From positions 15,128,001-15,192,000 of the forward strand of contig OX442314.1 of NCBI GenBank assembly GCA_949358305.1: a stretch of 64,000 bases of DNA, in the 5' to 3' direction. Below are positions 1 to 15,000 of the stretch, piece after piece. The notes below the pieces were generated by a model. That model was not told the origin of the DNA. It made no database searches and saw nothing but the letters and a program-made list of their open reading frames with translations. Made by a program: the position numbers and the translations under genes. Within the stretch, counting starts at the first letter, position 1, and each line of letters opens with the position of its first letter. Source of the DNA: Strigamia acuminata. Taxonomy: Eukaryota.

Positions 1-3000
1 AAATTTCCAACAACAAAAAAATCTGATTTGTCAACCGTAATTACTGCAGTCCCGATAAATAATTTGCAAAAAATGTTTAAGGCGTTAACCTTAAATCTGA
101 CCATCCATAACAAAAATTAAAAAAAAAAACTACACATTCCACGTTATTAAAAACAAAACAAAAAATATAAAACAAGTGACATGCAAACTAATCCAAATCA
201 CTTTTAATTGCGTCGTTGTTTTGCTTCGGCACATACAACATTATCAAAATAAAACACTACACCCAATTTTGACAACCATTTGATAAATCTCTCTAAATTT
301 TAATTATTATAAAACACCAAAACCAAAAAAATAAACCTAAGATTGCAAAGATAAGAATAGATAAAAGTAGAAACGTACACGATCAATTAGTCAATGCCAG
401 AGTCTATCGCGAAAACACAAAACACCAATCAAGACTTAAACGCAGCTGCAAAAAAATAAAAAAAATAGTTAAAAATAAAAACAAGCCATCCCTCGATACC
501 TATGATGCTGCAATGCAAAATGATGGATCTTTTCGCTAGACTTCATCAACACCTGTCTATGCAGGTGTTTAAACCAAGCACAATCTTGCAGCGCCAAATC
601 ACAACAACCTTGAAGACTTTGGTTGGCAGAAGGTAGAGAAAGTAATTTGTATCTTTCATCATTTCAGACATGACATCCGTCATCAACCAAGATAATCAAA
701 AAGCAGAGAAAAATACATCGCTAACTAATGACTACCACTCAACACACTCTAAAGTAAAGCTGCTTTTCGTGTCCGTCACCCGGACAAGACTTCTCAACCT
801 TAATACCGGTGAGAAATGAAAACTGCAATCAAAACAACACTTAAACTCGACAAAAACTCAAGAACAAAAAAAAATATATTATCCATTCCTCGAGCCCTTT
901 CCTTGCGGTCCAAGTCAAGAAAAAGCCCTTTTTAAATTTACGACCACAGCAAAAGATCAAGACGTCATCTACTACGGGGATCAAGTTGAAATACGACCTA
1001 ATGAACTTGCAAAAGGAGGGAAAAAAGACAACACGAATCACTATGCCGACATAAGGATAGGTCTTAAATCACCGAGGCTAATGGTTTCGATATTTGTCGG
1101 CAACAGATAACATCACGTAAAGGTTGAAAGGGAGGGAAGACATATTGATAAATGGCCAGTGATGCAGACTGACCAATTCATCCCCCTTGCCTATGCAAAC
1201 CCAGGTGCTAATAAAAGTCTTCTCTTTTTTTTTTTAAAAAAAAAAACCAAAAAAGAAAAAACCAAAAAAGTTGCAGCATAAAAAAATAGTATGCTAATCG
1301 CGTAACCCCGTGCCCCATCACGAATATAAGGGGAAAGAATCTTCCAGCGTCTTCTCCACCCGCATTTCACTTCACCAACCCACGTTCTCACACACGAAGA
1401 ATGCAAACTTTCACACACAAACGTGGAGTCAAACTTTGAATTAATTCTTCCAACAAATAAATAGATAAATCCAATACAACATTTCAAAACATCTCTTCTG
1501 ATTCCTCATCCTTAACTCAATGCAGAAGCCACTCCATTCGCAAAAAATCAAGTGTACACAAAGGATTGAGTGGCTCGATCAAACCGTGAAGATTCTTGAT
1601 GCAACGAGGTTAGTCCCCGGAATCGCCTGTTGCAGTTTGCTTGTTATGCTGAAGAGAAATGCGCGCGTCCAAGATGGTGTTGGGGCGCCATGCATAATTT
1701 ATTGGCGGCTTTCCTTGCCTATTTGCATTCTGCGATCCCTAGCTTTAGAAACGAGAGCCAATTCTGCACTCAACTCAACATCCCACATCATTTTTCCCCT
1801 TTTCTAAACCCCTTTCACAAACAAACAACATGTGCACTCGGCAACCGACTTACTAATTACCCATATGGAAAAATACTATTCTAATCTTTTTTATTATCAT
1901 TGCTATTATTTTTTTTATATTTTTCTCCTATCGCCGCATTTGCAGAAAAAATAATTTTTTCCTCGCCCTATTTTTTCTCGCTCCATTCATCCAAGCCATT
2001 AGCACTTGGAAAAAATGACCGTGGATTTACATGTGTGATAACATGAATATAAATAGCCAAAAATACCTCCAATCTCTCTGATAGATTGCTTCTATGGGGG
2101 TAATTTTTCCCGTTCGCAAAATATCCCTCCATTTATATATTTGGGCAAACATATTGCCCCTGATTTATATTCAACCCATCTTTTGCATTTAGATAGATTT
2201 AGACGCTAGATAACCGCCAAACGAGCGTACAGATTTCACCAACCAACAAAAAGAACGTCTCAAAGAAAACAAGCGCAAGACTTTGGCCCCAAAATGTCAA
2301 AACATACAACTCCGAGTTAATTAATTCGCTCGATAACTATCAGCAATAAATCAAAGATAAAATATGCAGGAAATAAAATTTCCTTCGCAACTTGAACCAC
2401 TTTTTCTTATTCCAGGTGAAGTGGCCACTAACGACCTCCCTCCACGTGCAGGGGAGTTCGGCGCAATTTATATTGACATGCGCGAATCGTCCAGTTTCAG
2501 AGTCCAGTCAATAAAAGAAGATCCCAGTGGCCTTCGGCCACCCACAATACATCGGCACGACTAAATCCCTCGCATAGTCCCCATGGACGAGACCGCTGCC
2601 CTCCCACGCATAGCAATCATGACCTCCCCTTTCGTTTCCCATCATCCTTCTAAAGTCACCTCACCCTGGATGCTACTTTGGTCTTTTTCGCTCGTCACAA
2701 CAAAGCCAAAGTAGACTAGGCGTTGATACCTGTTGAGACAGGCAATAAATCAACATGTGCACACAATTGACACGTAAAGGTCGACTTCTTCTATCAATTT
2801 GCACTCCCAATTTTAAACTTGACAAATCTTTCAAATTCTTCACTACTCATCCCAAAGTCTACTTCCTGTAATAACGTTCTATTTTATTTAAAACTTTTTC
2901 AATATCAATTTACACTTTGCATCCGGGATCTTGACGCTTGCTTGCGCATCACATTTTACCCATGCTTTCAACATAGCGATTGTCAAGTAAATGAGTTTAT

Positions 3001-6000
3001 TCTTGTTTATTCCATGTATTATTAAATAGCAATTTGTTTTCGTTTGGTTTACAACATGGAATATTTTCTACAATGACAACAAGCAAAATTTCGTTACGGT
3101 GAAAAAAAAACCAAATAAACCCCCCCCCCCCATCAGTCCATTAGATTGCAAAAACTACAATTTCTTACGTCCATTGAGTCGTTTCTTAATTTGGCATCCT
3201 GCCGCAACAGGACTTAAATAAACAGTTCCAAAATATGACCATGTGTGCAGTTCAACAACGACTGTTTGGTTCAATCCTTTGGCCACGAGCCAAATGATGT
3301 TTAGAGAGGAGGAGTCTAATCTCTTCAATCCTTCCTTTTCCCAAGCACAAAGACATCAACTTAAATCCCGTTCCCACGAAATCCTATAGTAAAGGGCAGA
3401 AAGCAGTTTGCCAAAATATGGTTTCGTTTCGACGAGTAAAAAGCAATGCGTTTTTTTTTCCACTCTTAAAAAAAAAATAGTTGTAGGGAGTGAAAATCTT
3501 TTTTATCGTGGGGTTCTATACGAGATATTGTTCCATAAATCACACCAACGATGGATACAAATGCAGGGTTCCTCCATCAGACACAAAATCCGAATTCCCA
3601 AGCGGCAAAACAAAAATTTTAGACAAAAAGAAAACTTTGATGCGTGTTGCACCAATGGGAGAAAAACCGAAGACATTTTATGGAATGTCTCAACATCTCC
3701 CCTTTTAATTCTGCTTCACCGTCCTTCTCCTTAACAAGTAATATAATAACAATCCAATAAATAAACAAGACAAAAAAAAATAACCACAAAATTAATATCT
3801 AATCGCAAGAAAAAAACGAAAAAAACCGAAAAAAACAAAACAAAATACATCCAAACAAATGGTAACTCAAGCGAGGGGTTGGTTACTGATGAGACACCAC
3901 AAGCCCTTTTAATTTATCGCATTTTTATACATTCTTTCTTTCTTTCCCCTCGCCATTTATACCCCAACCATCTTTTCCAATTAAAACCGATAAAAATATT
4001 TTAAACTCGTTCAACTCCTCATTATATTGTCTACACAAAGCTTTAACCCTTTCGAAAATTCCAGCTGGGCAAGAAAGGAAGCGATAAGACACAACTTCCT
4101 GTTCTTGCGGCGCTTCTTTATCAAAACGATTCAACGTGTGTACACATGTGCGCAGGATCAATTTGCACACCAAACAAAATTCCAACTTGCATGAATAACA
4201 AAAACTGTTTTTGTTTTCCATTCGAAATTCACCACAAAATGAACGTCGATATTACATTTCATTGGCTATTTGTTATACTCCACTTTTTTCGCCGAGTAAT
4301 GCAGCGCAGCCCCCTCGAATGTGACTGATTGGCGGCATACGCCATTGATCTTCAATTGGTGGTAGCAGGACGACCACATCTTCCCTTTTTTCACAAATAA
4401 AATTCTCCCACCCTCAGTCCCCAGAGAGAAACTTAGGCATGGAAGTCCGATTGCATTTCCTCTGCACCAAAAAATTCCGCAAGAAAACCCCTCGTCGAAT
4501 TCAACCTCCCAAATCCCAAACTCCACCATTTCAATTAATTAAATTTATGAATATTTAAAACTTGGCTGAGCCGCAATAACCCAGAATCTTAGTGTCCCTG
4601 AGTCCATTCTCCTACACATGACTGGCATTTAAGTTCAAGCATTCGCGTTCGAGTTAGACACAGTGGGAAACTTGACACTTGACAAAACTAGAGCCATACG
4701 TAATAATTTTTTTACACATTTTCTAATTAGGCGTCAAAATCCCAACCACAAGTACTGAATTACAACCTGCACACTGTTTGCATTAGCAATTTCCTCTAAT
4801 ACACACCCGTACAAACACACCTGTCTCCGATTCACAAAGCACAAAAAAATCGCATTTTTATTTCAGCCGCAGACACAAACTAAAATCTCTTTTAATTCCA
4901 AACCATTAATTACCACTTAATTTTTTTTCGCCCTCATTCTTACGCAAACAAATACAACATTTAATTTTACATGCTTCACCACAAGCGTTTGTTTCCCTCC
5001 TTTTAATCCACCTGGCATCTTGTTAATGTTCATCCGGGATCACTTGCCTCTTCTGCCGCCACAACACGACGCCACCCATAAAGGGATAACACGTGTTTGG
5101 AGCAATCAAACACATTAAGGATCCGTTCGTGCTGATGTCAGCAATGTGCTGATATGGTCAAAATATGGAAATTTTGTCGCAAATTACTGATAAACTTCCC
5201 GACGACATCCATATTAGACACACGGGAATATTATGAAATGGTAATTTCATTAATCTTCTGTCCTTTTTTATGTGCTGCTCCATTATAAGAAAGGAAAAAT
5301 TCTTTCAATATTGATCGTTTCGTCTTTTATTGCTCACATAGAAGTTCACGTGAAAAATAGCACAAGTGTGCAGGACTGAAGTGTGAAAAAAAAAATATTT
5401 TTTTTTTCGGTTTTAAATGAATAAAATTAAGTTAAAAATGATCTAGAATTTCAGATTTCAGATAAATGCGTGAAAAATAATGAATACGAGTTAAAAGGGG
5501 AAAACTAAAAAAAAAATTTTTTCTTTTCTTCTTTTAAATGAATATATTTCCATTCTAAAATTCCTCATCTCAATTTATTAAAACTGCTAGCAAAAAACAC
5601 CCCTTTCACTGCCTGTTTTTTAGATGAATTCCAAACCACATTTTTAATATAGGCGTATTTTTCATATTTTCAAAAAATTTCACCAGGCCTCCAAGAATGC
5701 ACTCCTGCAAGTACATCACTATCATCATTAGCAAAAAATGGCACAAAAAACTCTTGGGAAAGAAAACCGACTAAATAAAATAAAAAAATTAATCTAAAAT
5801 CGTTTTTATTTCAAATTCAACCAAATTATAAAGCACAAATCTTTACATAATACAATAATTTCAAACCATTACCAAAATCACCGACTTCAGCATCTTGTTA
5901 CCATGGAAACACCTTTCAATTGATATTTTTCAACAAAAAAAAATCATTCACATATAAAATTCGTATTAATCTCTCACAATTTTCACCCAATTGACCATTA

Positions 6001-9000
6001 CCAATCCCAAAACCAAAAAAAAAATCCAATTGGCAAAAATTGGCTGTACTGTTTAATATTAGCAAGGTGCACGCACTGTACCATTTTTATCCTCCCCCGC
6101 ATCAGGGAATTCACACTAATCGAACCACGATTATTGGTAGGGGTGCACGATTCAGGGATCTCCAATTGGCGCCTCATTACCATACGATAGCAATCAAAAG
6201 AAATTGAGGGGGTGGAAAAGGAGGGCAAAAAAAAGAAGCTTGCAAAAAAAGGGGAGAAAATTCCCGCCAAATGGTAATCTCTCCCTCTTCGAAAAGCGCT
6301 TTCTCTTCCAACTCGACGACACTAACTTGACGTCATGGGGTGGCAACGAGCCACCCCTATGCCACTCAACTGCACATTTTTGCCCACATATCAGCCTCCA
6401 GGTGTCCCGGGCTTAATTAAGCATAACCAACAGAGATGAGGGGTGGCGAGAGTTATGAGATGCTTCATCACGCACCTACACACACTCCTCCTATTTTTGT
6501 CATCAAATAAAAAAAAATTGCAAAGACCTCGTAAAAATTACGTATAGGAAAAGTAGGGAGTGGAGTGTCAGGAGAATCAAAAAATAAAAAGTGAATTAGC
6601 CCAAAGGAAACAAGATTTTTATTCAGACGGAAAAATTTTTTTCAACTGTCAAACACCATTGAATAAGTTTAATATCATAATCGAGCTCCGCCTGTACAAA
6701 CTTTCCGACGAGAATTCGAATGTTTTTCTCATGCATTAACAAATTTTTCTTCTTTTTTGTACTTACCGTTAATAAATTTCATTTTTTCCCCCGTTGCTTC
6801 ACTTGGTATGGATAAATTATCCTCATTTGCCTCATAAATTACAAGTAGCAAAACTTAATTCCGATATAATTCAGCTGTGCACGGGCCGCCCGTCGACCAC
6901 GGTTGGGCGTCTCCTGAGACTCCACCCGTCACCCCGTCGACACAACGCTCGTGTCACCATAAATACAACAAATGCCCAGCTCCAAAAACCTACATAAAAC
7001 GATTCGAACCAAGACTATGCTAATTATCAACTATCAATCCATGTCTTCTTTACAAACCACTTTTAATTTCGTTTCAATTTTTTTATTTTTATTAATTTAA
7101 GGCGTTCCTTGAACCATCACTTGCACAACTAGATCACGGGTCAGTTTGATGACTTGTCTTAATGAAAATAATACGCAATTAAAATTCAAAGCAAATTCTC
7201 CCCCTAAAAAAATATATAATTTTTTTCCTTAAATAAATAAAAAATTCACCCGTTAATGAATGTGCAACAATTCAATCATCACACCTTAAAGGCTAAAATA
7301 ATATATTTTATTTTTTTTTAAATAATCTAATGTCAATCCCAACATCTTAATCTAACCTAAAACGTAATCAACCAAATCCAAACATTTTCAATTTATTTTA
7401 TTCGAATTTTATTCCCAATTACATTCCCACTCACAGTGACAACCCCAAACAGTAAAAATTAATTCTTAATTTGTAGCAACATTAAAATTTTATTATCCAA
7501 CTTTAAATATCAGTCGGAAGGCTGCAATAAACACCCTGTTTTGTAAGTAGACCTTCAACTACTATAAAAATTCTTTTCCCACACCATACAATTGATCCGA
7601 ACGCACCCAAGCCTTGTATGTACGTATATTTATTCATCCATTCAACAGTCAAAACTAACCCAATTTACAGTACATCCAGAAATATTGATCCGTTCGCACA
7701 ATAAGCATCAAGCATGCGCTTCATCTCGTTTTCGACTTTAAGCATCAACACACAATGCAATGCAAACAAAGTTAAATCTGTTGATACGCAAACTGGAAAA
7801 TGAGTAAGGGGAAGAGGCAACATTCAGGTGACCGGACTGGACGAGCAGTTGCTGTAAATCTTCCACTCTTATGAGGAAGTAAAAGGGTGGCCCCATACAA
7901 GCTCGAGGCAAAGCAAAAGGCTTTCGTTATACCAACTAACGTGTCTGTCTCGTAAATTAGCTGAGCAAGCTTAATGGAAATATGAATTTCAAATCACACA
8001 CCGCCTCGAACTGCAAACTCCAAAGCAGCAACAACAAAAAAAACAAGTGTTTTTGGTATGACACATTCTTTGACCAATGATAAACAGAGGAAATATATTT
8101 GTCGAAAAAGCCGTCCGTGACAAGATTACCGAATCAAATATGGATGACAATTTTTACAAATGACAAGCACGTTTCCAAGCCAACTAAAATACGATCACCG
8201 ACACCATCCCTCCTTTCAAATTTGATATAAAATACTATCAAAAAAAATTACTCCACATCCATTATTTTGATGGACAATGTCTCCAAGCGAACCAATCAAT
8301 AGAACAATATAACAAATTACTTAAACGTCGGAACCAAAAAAAGAAATAAAATAAATAAATAAATAAATAAATAAATCGGTTGGTAAAATCAACAGCAGAT
8401 TAGAATCCTTCGCAACCACTCCCACTTTGATATGTGGGCACTGCAACATCGTCGTAAATCCGTCACAAAAATCTGCGTCTACGTAAACGGCGAGCCAGCC
8501 AATTTCGCAATTTGCTCGGGTAAACAACCATCCGACACCCTTTCGAAATCTCAAGTACTCATTGTGAAGTTTCCTCCTTGCACTTATCTTCATTAGGTTG
8601 ACATATTTTCACCGGGCCAGGGTCAGTTCAGCAAACTGAAAAGATGAAAAGGGCGTTGCTGTGTGACCACCATCATCGGGTGTATTGAGTGCACACTCTT
8701 GAGGACGAAGACACAAGTGGAATGCAAAGATAAACATCAGCCCCCATGCCAGTCAGTCTAATACGAGCGAGGCCAACTTCTCGTGCCCAGACCGCAGGAG
8801 TTGGCAATTTACGAGACTGGAGACGGCCACAACCGGTGGTCCGTCTCACTGGGGTCTCTTCACCCTCACCCTCGCTGCGGGTCACCGAAATTAAGTGTGA
8901 AAGAAAGATACTCTTAGTGGCCTCAAAAGATGAATTTCACGCCATTTTTCGACATTCCAATTGCTCCTTTCTTCTTCCGGACAAAACAAGTTCTGGATGC

Positions 9001-12000
9001 TTCCACTAAATTCTGCAACCGAAAATGAAAAACGAGCAAATTTTACAGTGTTACGACCTTTCTAAAAGGTTTACGTCAATTTTTCACGCCTAACAAATAC
9101 CCAATTAACAATATCACGATTTTTCTCATCCTCAAATTTATACGCGTCTATTTAACTCGTATTCTTTTTTTTTTGTTTAGACAGAGTAAAAAGAAAATAA
9201 ATTGATAGCACTTTTCGCCAGTGTTACTGAAATATATATTCACACTTTGTAACATCTCCGGGTTTTGTAAAAAATAAGAGGAAAAAAAATCTTCACGCTT
9301 CACTTTGAGAACATAATTTTAAATTTAAAAAAATCTCATTTTCAACTCTTACAAAAAGCAAAACACGCACATATTCATCACCTCCATCCCAACCAGGATA
9401 AACTCGAGACATCTTCGTGAGTAGTCAAAACAAAAAAATTCCCCTCGAATAAAAATAATAAAGGAAGAAAGAAAGAAAAAAAAAAGCAAAAAGAAGGGCC
9501 AGTGGAATCCAGTGTTAGTTATGGAAATCATAGTGATGGCAGATGGGAAACTTGTAACTTCTTCCCCTCCGCCTTTCTTTTACTTTAATTACAGTGCGTG
9601 TTAAGACGGCCACTCATCGTACAATCACGCAAGCTGCGAATTCAATCCCAGCCTTTACATGATGCTCACCTGTCCATCACCGTAACGCACAAAACCTGCT
9701 GCACACCAGTTGAATATGCGGCATTTCATTTCTCATAAAAAAAGAACCAATCAAAAACAAGCACTTTTTCATAATACCCAAAAAAATGCACTTCACTTAC
9801 AAATTGCACACTGGAGATCTCATAAAAATGCAAAATAAACACAAACACCGCGTTGTAAACTATTAAGACGAATTCCTCAACCAAAATTGTGTAAACAAAA
9901 AATAGTTTTTTAAATAAGAAAAAAAAAATTCTTTAGAAAAATTTATGAAAACTTGCAATTATACTTATAAGTAATAATCAAAATAATACGACAAAAAAAG
10001 TATTTCTATATTTATCCATCATTAAATGACTCAAACAATTCAAAAAATTAAAAATATATTTTCTGATTCTCAAAACTTCAAACTAAACACGATGTAAAAT
10101 TCAATTTCAAAACATTGCCAGAGAAGTTGGTGCTGCCAACTGGTGTCAGCCGGTCTAACCTCAGCACAAACTCAGCAATATTCACAAAGAACAAGCTGAA
10201 CAAAGCGCAATCCTTTTTTCCACAACATAAAGAAGTAAAAAAAAAAATTGTGAAGAAGATTGTGCACATTAATTTAAGTCAACCACCAACCGAGTTTCTC
10301 TCAGCCCGTCCATCAGCACACTTCTTTTTATCTCCTTTTAATTTCATTCTGACCTAGCTAATTTTTATTCCTTTTATTATTCACAACGGCTGCGCATAAA
10401 AAATAACTGAACTCTTTAAAAAAAAATATATTCCTTCGAGACTCATCTGCAAGTGATAAAAACTGAGGGTCAACATTTTACAACCATCGGTCAATAAATA
10501 AACAAGAAAAAAAATCAACATAATCCCTTTCACCCTTTCACACACCTCCAAACCTAATTTCTTTCCTTACATATTCATAAATAAATATTTGAATTTCAAA
10601 AATAAAAATTCAAAACATACCATGAAAAATTCAACGTAATTTTTTCCTTACAGACTATAAATAACCCAAAAATTAGACGCACCAAATGATACCGAGTCAT
10701 GTCCCTCCCATCTGTCCACGTTGCTCATTTAAGCCTTCAATAATATCCATAAACTATGCGCTTCTCCTTAAATCCCTCCAGCTAATCTTTAATCCTTTCT
10801 CGCTCTTTAATTGCGCATCACATGTCATCATCTCACTTAACATATAATTATTTAACCATTCAAAGCCCCCAAAAAAAATATAATAAAAAATCTAAAAAAA
10901 ATGGAATAGAAAATAATTACACGACCCACGAAATCATTCGCAATAAACCAACTTGGGTCACACTATAAAATATTTATAATTGCGTAAACTTCGAAAGAAT
11001 GTGCCAGCTTCTACTAAACTTTAAATTCTCAGAAAATATATATATTAAAGCAAAAAAAAAAGGTTGGAAAAAAATATTATTTACAAGGTTATTTGCATTA
11101 ATTACATTTTGGTGCATTATAAAGTATACGCAGCAGAGAAAATAACTTGTATCATTCATTTACATTTATTCCTTTTTTGTTGCTCTTCTTTCTTTTTAAG
11201 CGAGTACTTATTTACACAAATCACTGTTATTAAGTCAAGATACCATCTGATTTCACGTGACAGTATGAATGTGATCCAACATGCACCAAAATTACACGGG
11301 CTGGCCGCATGCCGCCTCAACTCAACTAATACTCATGCGATTAGAATCTCCTTCAGGTGATACAATATTAATACGTTGTTGCTTTGACAACTACTCATTT
11401 CACAAGGAACCCTGCAAATTTACAATTTAAAATAATAAAAAAATATAAAAAAAATATCGCCAAAGAAAGCTAAGAGTTTCTTAAAACTTTATTCACTCCA
11501 TTTCCCACCCTACTAGTCCAAGCATGACCAATGCAAAGAGAATAGGATGAAAAATGTCAGTCTGGTATTAGTCGTTTGTGCCAACTCATGTCGTTACCTG
11601 TCCCCACCTAAGTTGAGTCGTGTCAAGTGGCTACCATCATTCGAACGACGCGTCACAATAAGGAAAGAAAAAAAAACCTGGTTATATAGACCTATACACG
11701 GACTGAACAGTGAGAACAGCAGTTGCAAAAAAAAAAAAATTCAAAATAAAGAGATTAAAAGGTAGTTTACCTTTTCAAGCGTATTATTTATTTTTTTTAT
11801 AAAGGAAGCTGAAAGTCAGATTAAAATTTAAACCAGTCAGTTTTGAACATTCCATTACTAAACAAAACCTGAGGTTCCCAAAAAAATTAAAGTACAGCAA
11901 ATTATGGAGTATTACAAGTAAACAAATTGGTACGATGACCATCTGCAAATCTAACTTAGCCCTTCCTTCAATTAAGCGGTATATTTCTAAGGATGCGCAG

Positions 12001-15000
12001 CGAAAAAAGGTTTACAAGTGATTTGTTAACAAGAAATGAAAAGAATCAATCGTTTTTTCTACTTGACTCGATTATTATTCAGCGCATAGATCCAATTAGC
12101 AGTTCCATGACTTTTTCTGCTTTTTCATCTTTTTTTTGCTTCCCTCATTCCTCGTATCTTTCAATATGATGAGAAAAGAGAGAAAAAAAAAAAGAGACGA
12201 ACAAGTATAGTAGCTGATTGTATGTTTTTTCCCTCTGTATTTTTAAAATTCTTATTCCATTTAATCCTTCTTACAGCTCGAATTGAGAATAGGGTTTAAT
12301 TTAATCTCCATTTTTTTTCTCCTAATTTTTTGACACCAATTTAATTTCGTGAATAATTGCAAGTTTTGCAAAAAAATTCTCAATTCTTTTCTAAAACAGA
12401 TTTATTACATTAAATAAAAAATCATCACATCATCTCCTAAACCCAAACGCAACGTCACGAGGTCAATTTTGCATGCAATGTGCATTGCATCACAAAAGTA
12501 GCAAACCATGTCCTGCACAAGCACAACTCAAAATCCTTTCCTCCCTGGTCAATTTGAATGAGAACCCGATTGAATAATACAATACGACGCCGCACCAACA
12601 TCCACTGATAGAGATGTGGGTGTCAAAGATAAGTGAAAAAAAATTAGGGTGGAGACATCCTGGTTTGGCACTTGTTAATCCCTAAAACCACACCTGGCAC
12701 TTAAAGGCCTTTTTACTCTTATGCAAATAATAAAATAATAAAAAGATAATCGCAGAATAATTTCCGTCTAACAGTAACATCGGTTCTGCTTCTCCTATTG
12801 CTAATAAGTCAACAACAATTACCAAGTTTACGTGGACACAGACACAGTTTTCCAGATAAAATTGGATTTTATTTTTTCTGGAAAACCGTATGCATTTACA
12901 TGGCGTTATGTGTGAATTACCCATAACGCATTTCGATTATCAGTAATACTAACAACATAACGCTGTAGATCTACTTTAACCTCTAAACAAACCAAATTTA
13001 ACTCGTGTAACTTCTCCGAAAGCAAAAAGTATTAAAATTTGTTATCAAATCCAGAAATTCGTTTATAATTTGTGCGATTTTTAATAAACGCATAAAATAT
13101 GAAGGTCAGTATGGCACTTTTTCGCATGCACGAAACATTGTCGACCATAAACAATAGTCTAACAATAGTTCAACATATTCTCTAGCCTAAAATTTATTAT
13201 GAGCCACTAACTCGAAGAAACCAGTCTGAACAGAATTATAATATTCAATATACAAAACCAGCCTTTTATCTTTACGCTCTACTATATATTCAACTATGAA
13301 TTAATTATCTATCTTGCTGAATCTTATCAGATAATGGGATCTTCACACTGGCTGACTTAAGTTCAGCATGCCAACCTGTAGAACTAACCAATATGCACGC
13401 AAACTTTTATGTTGATGGACACACAGCAGCAGGAAAGGCGCATTAAGTTTCACTAATAAAAAAAATATATAAAATTCATTCCTCGTCCAAAAAAAATCCA
13501 TTACATCGAACATCCTTTCAGCAATGACATTCTAAAAAAAAAAATGTATAATTTTCTTTTTTCTGCATCACTTAAGCCTAATTCCAAACAAACATTAAAT
13601 GCCGAGAGAGTTGAAAAGAAAGGAATGAGAAAATTATCGAAAAATATTTGCAAATAAAATTATGGGTTTTCCGCACAAGACGTCATTCAAGCAATTCGTG
13701 CCTTACCATCAAATTTTGCCAACGTACTGTTCGTCTCCTTCTAGCCAGAAGGAATTATCAATCGGCCAATTATAGCTACCTTATTATAACAACCTTATTC
13801 CGTGCAAATGTGAATTCTTTCCCTTCTAAACTGATTTTTCAAACTTTTTCCCCCTTCTCATTTCTCCTCTTCATTAAATTAAAAGCCATTCCACTAAATA
13901 AAAAAAATTCCCTTGAGCGTGGTTAGAAACTGAACTCGAGTAGAGAAAAGTGGGGGAAACGGAAAAGAGAGATAGAAAGAGAAAGAGAAGAATGAATTAT
14001 CCAGGGAACTCAACTCCAAGAAAATAAACTCCAAATAAGATGAACTCACACGTGATGAAACCCCATCTCTACAAAGATTCAACATCAAATACAATAAAAT
14101 AAATTGTCCATTAAGTGTTCCTAAAGAATGCATGTATTTAACTTTTTACATTGCACGCAAATGGACCAAAAAAAAAAAAAGAATATTAAAAATGAATCTA
14201 ACGCATTCCAATACTCTTCTCATTTTTCTCCTTCCCGAGTCAAGAATTTTTTTCCTTGCACTACGTAATATAAATGGGTGAATATTTCTTCTTAGTCTGT
14301 GAAGTTTTCATTCTATTTCTTGCCGACCCCTTTCCCCCATCTAAACTCAAATCCATTTTTCTTGCGCAAGTTTGTGTACATTTCTAAGGAATTGGAAGCT
14401 GCCTCTTTTACACTCAAATAACTGCACAAATGGAAAAAGTCAGAGGCAGAAAGAAATTGAAAAATGAGATATGCCTTTCAAAAAAAAAACGTCGGGATGG
14501 ACACAATAGCAGACGAATAAAAAAAAATAAAACAACTTAAAAATTACAAAGAATAAAAAGATAAACACTAAAAATACTATTTATCGATTAATTTCGCACA
14601 TATTTATCAGGATTTTTCAATTAAAAAAAATCTAAATCACAAATTTTAAATTATTTATCCCATTTTCTGAGAAATCCAACTGAGCCAACAACAAAAACTT
14701 TAGTTTAAAAGTCATAAAAAAGAAAGAAATTCGTGTTTCAAACATTTTTTCCGCCCACCCGAGTTATATATAATGAGTTTTGAACCACGAACCCTTCTTA
14801 AAAACCATCACTATGCACCTGACAGTATGTGCGTTAGGCCTTGGCTATTTATGAGGTGTCTGAAAAAATTAGAAGGCCTAGCCTGACTCCAAGTGCAACT
14901 TCCAATTAATAATTAAAGCCACTTCCCAGGGGGCCTCGCCCCTCTTACAAGAAGGAAAAGCTATAAGGAAGCCTGTTAGATGATACTCACCATATTACGA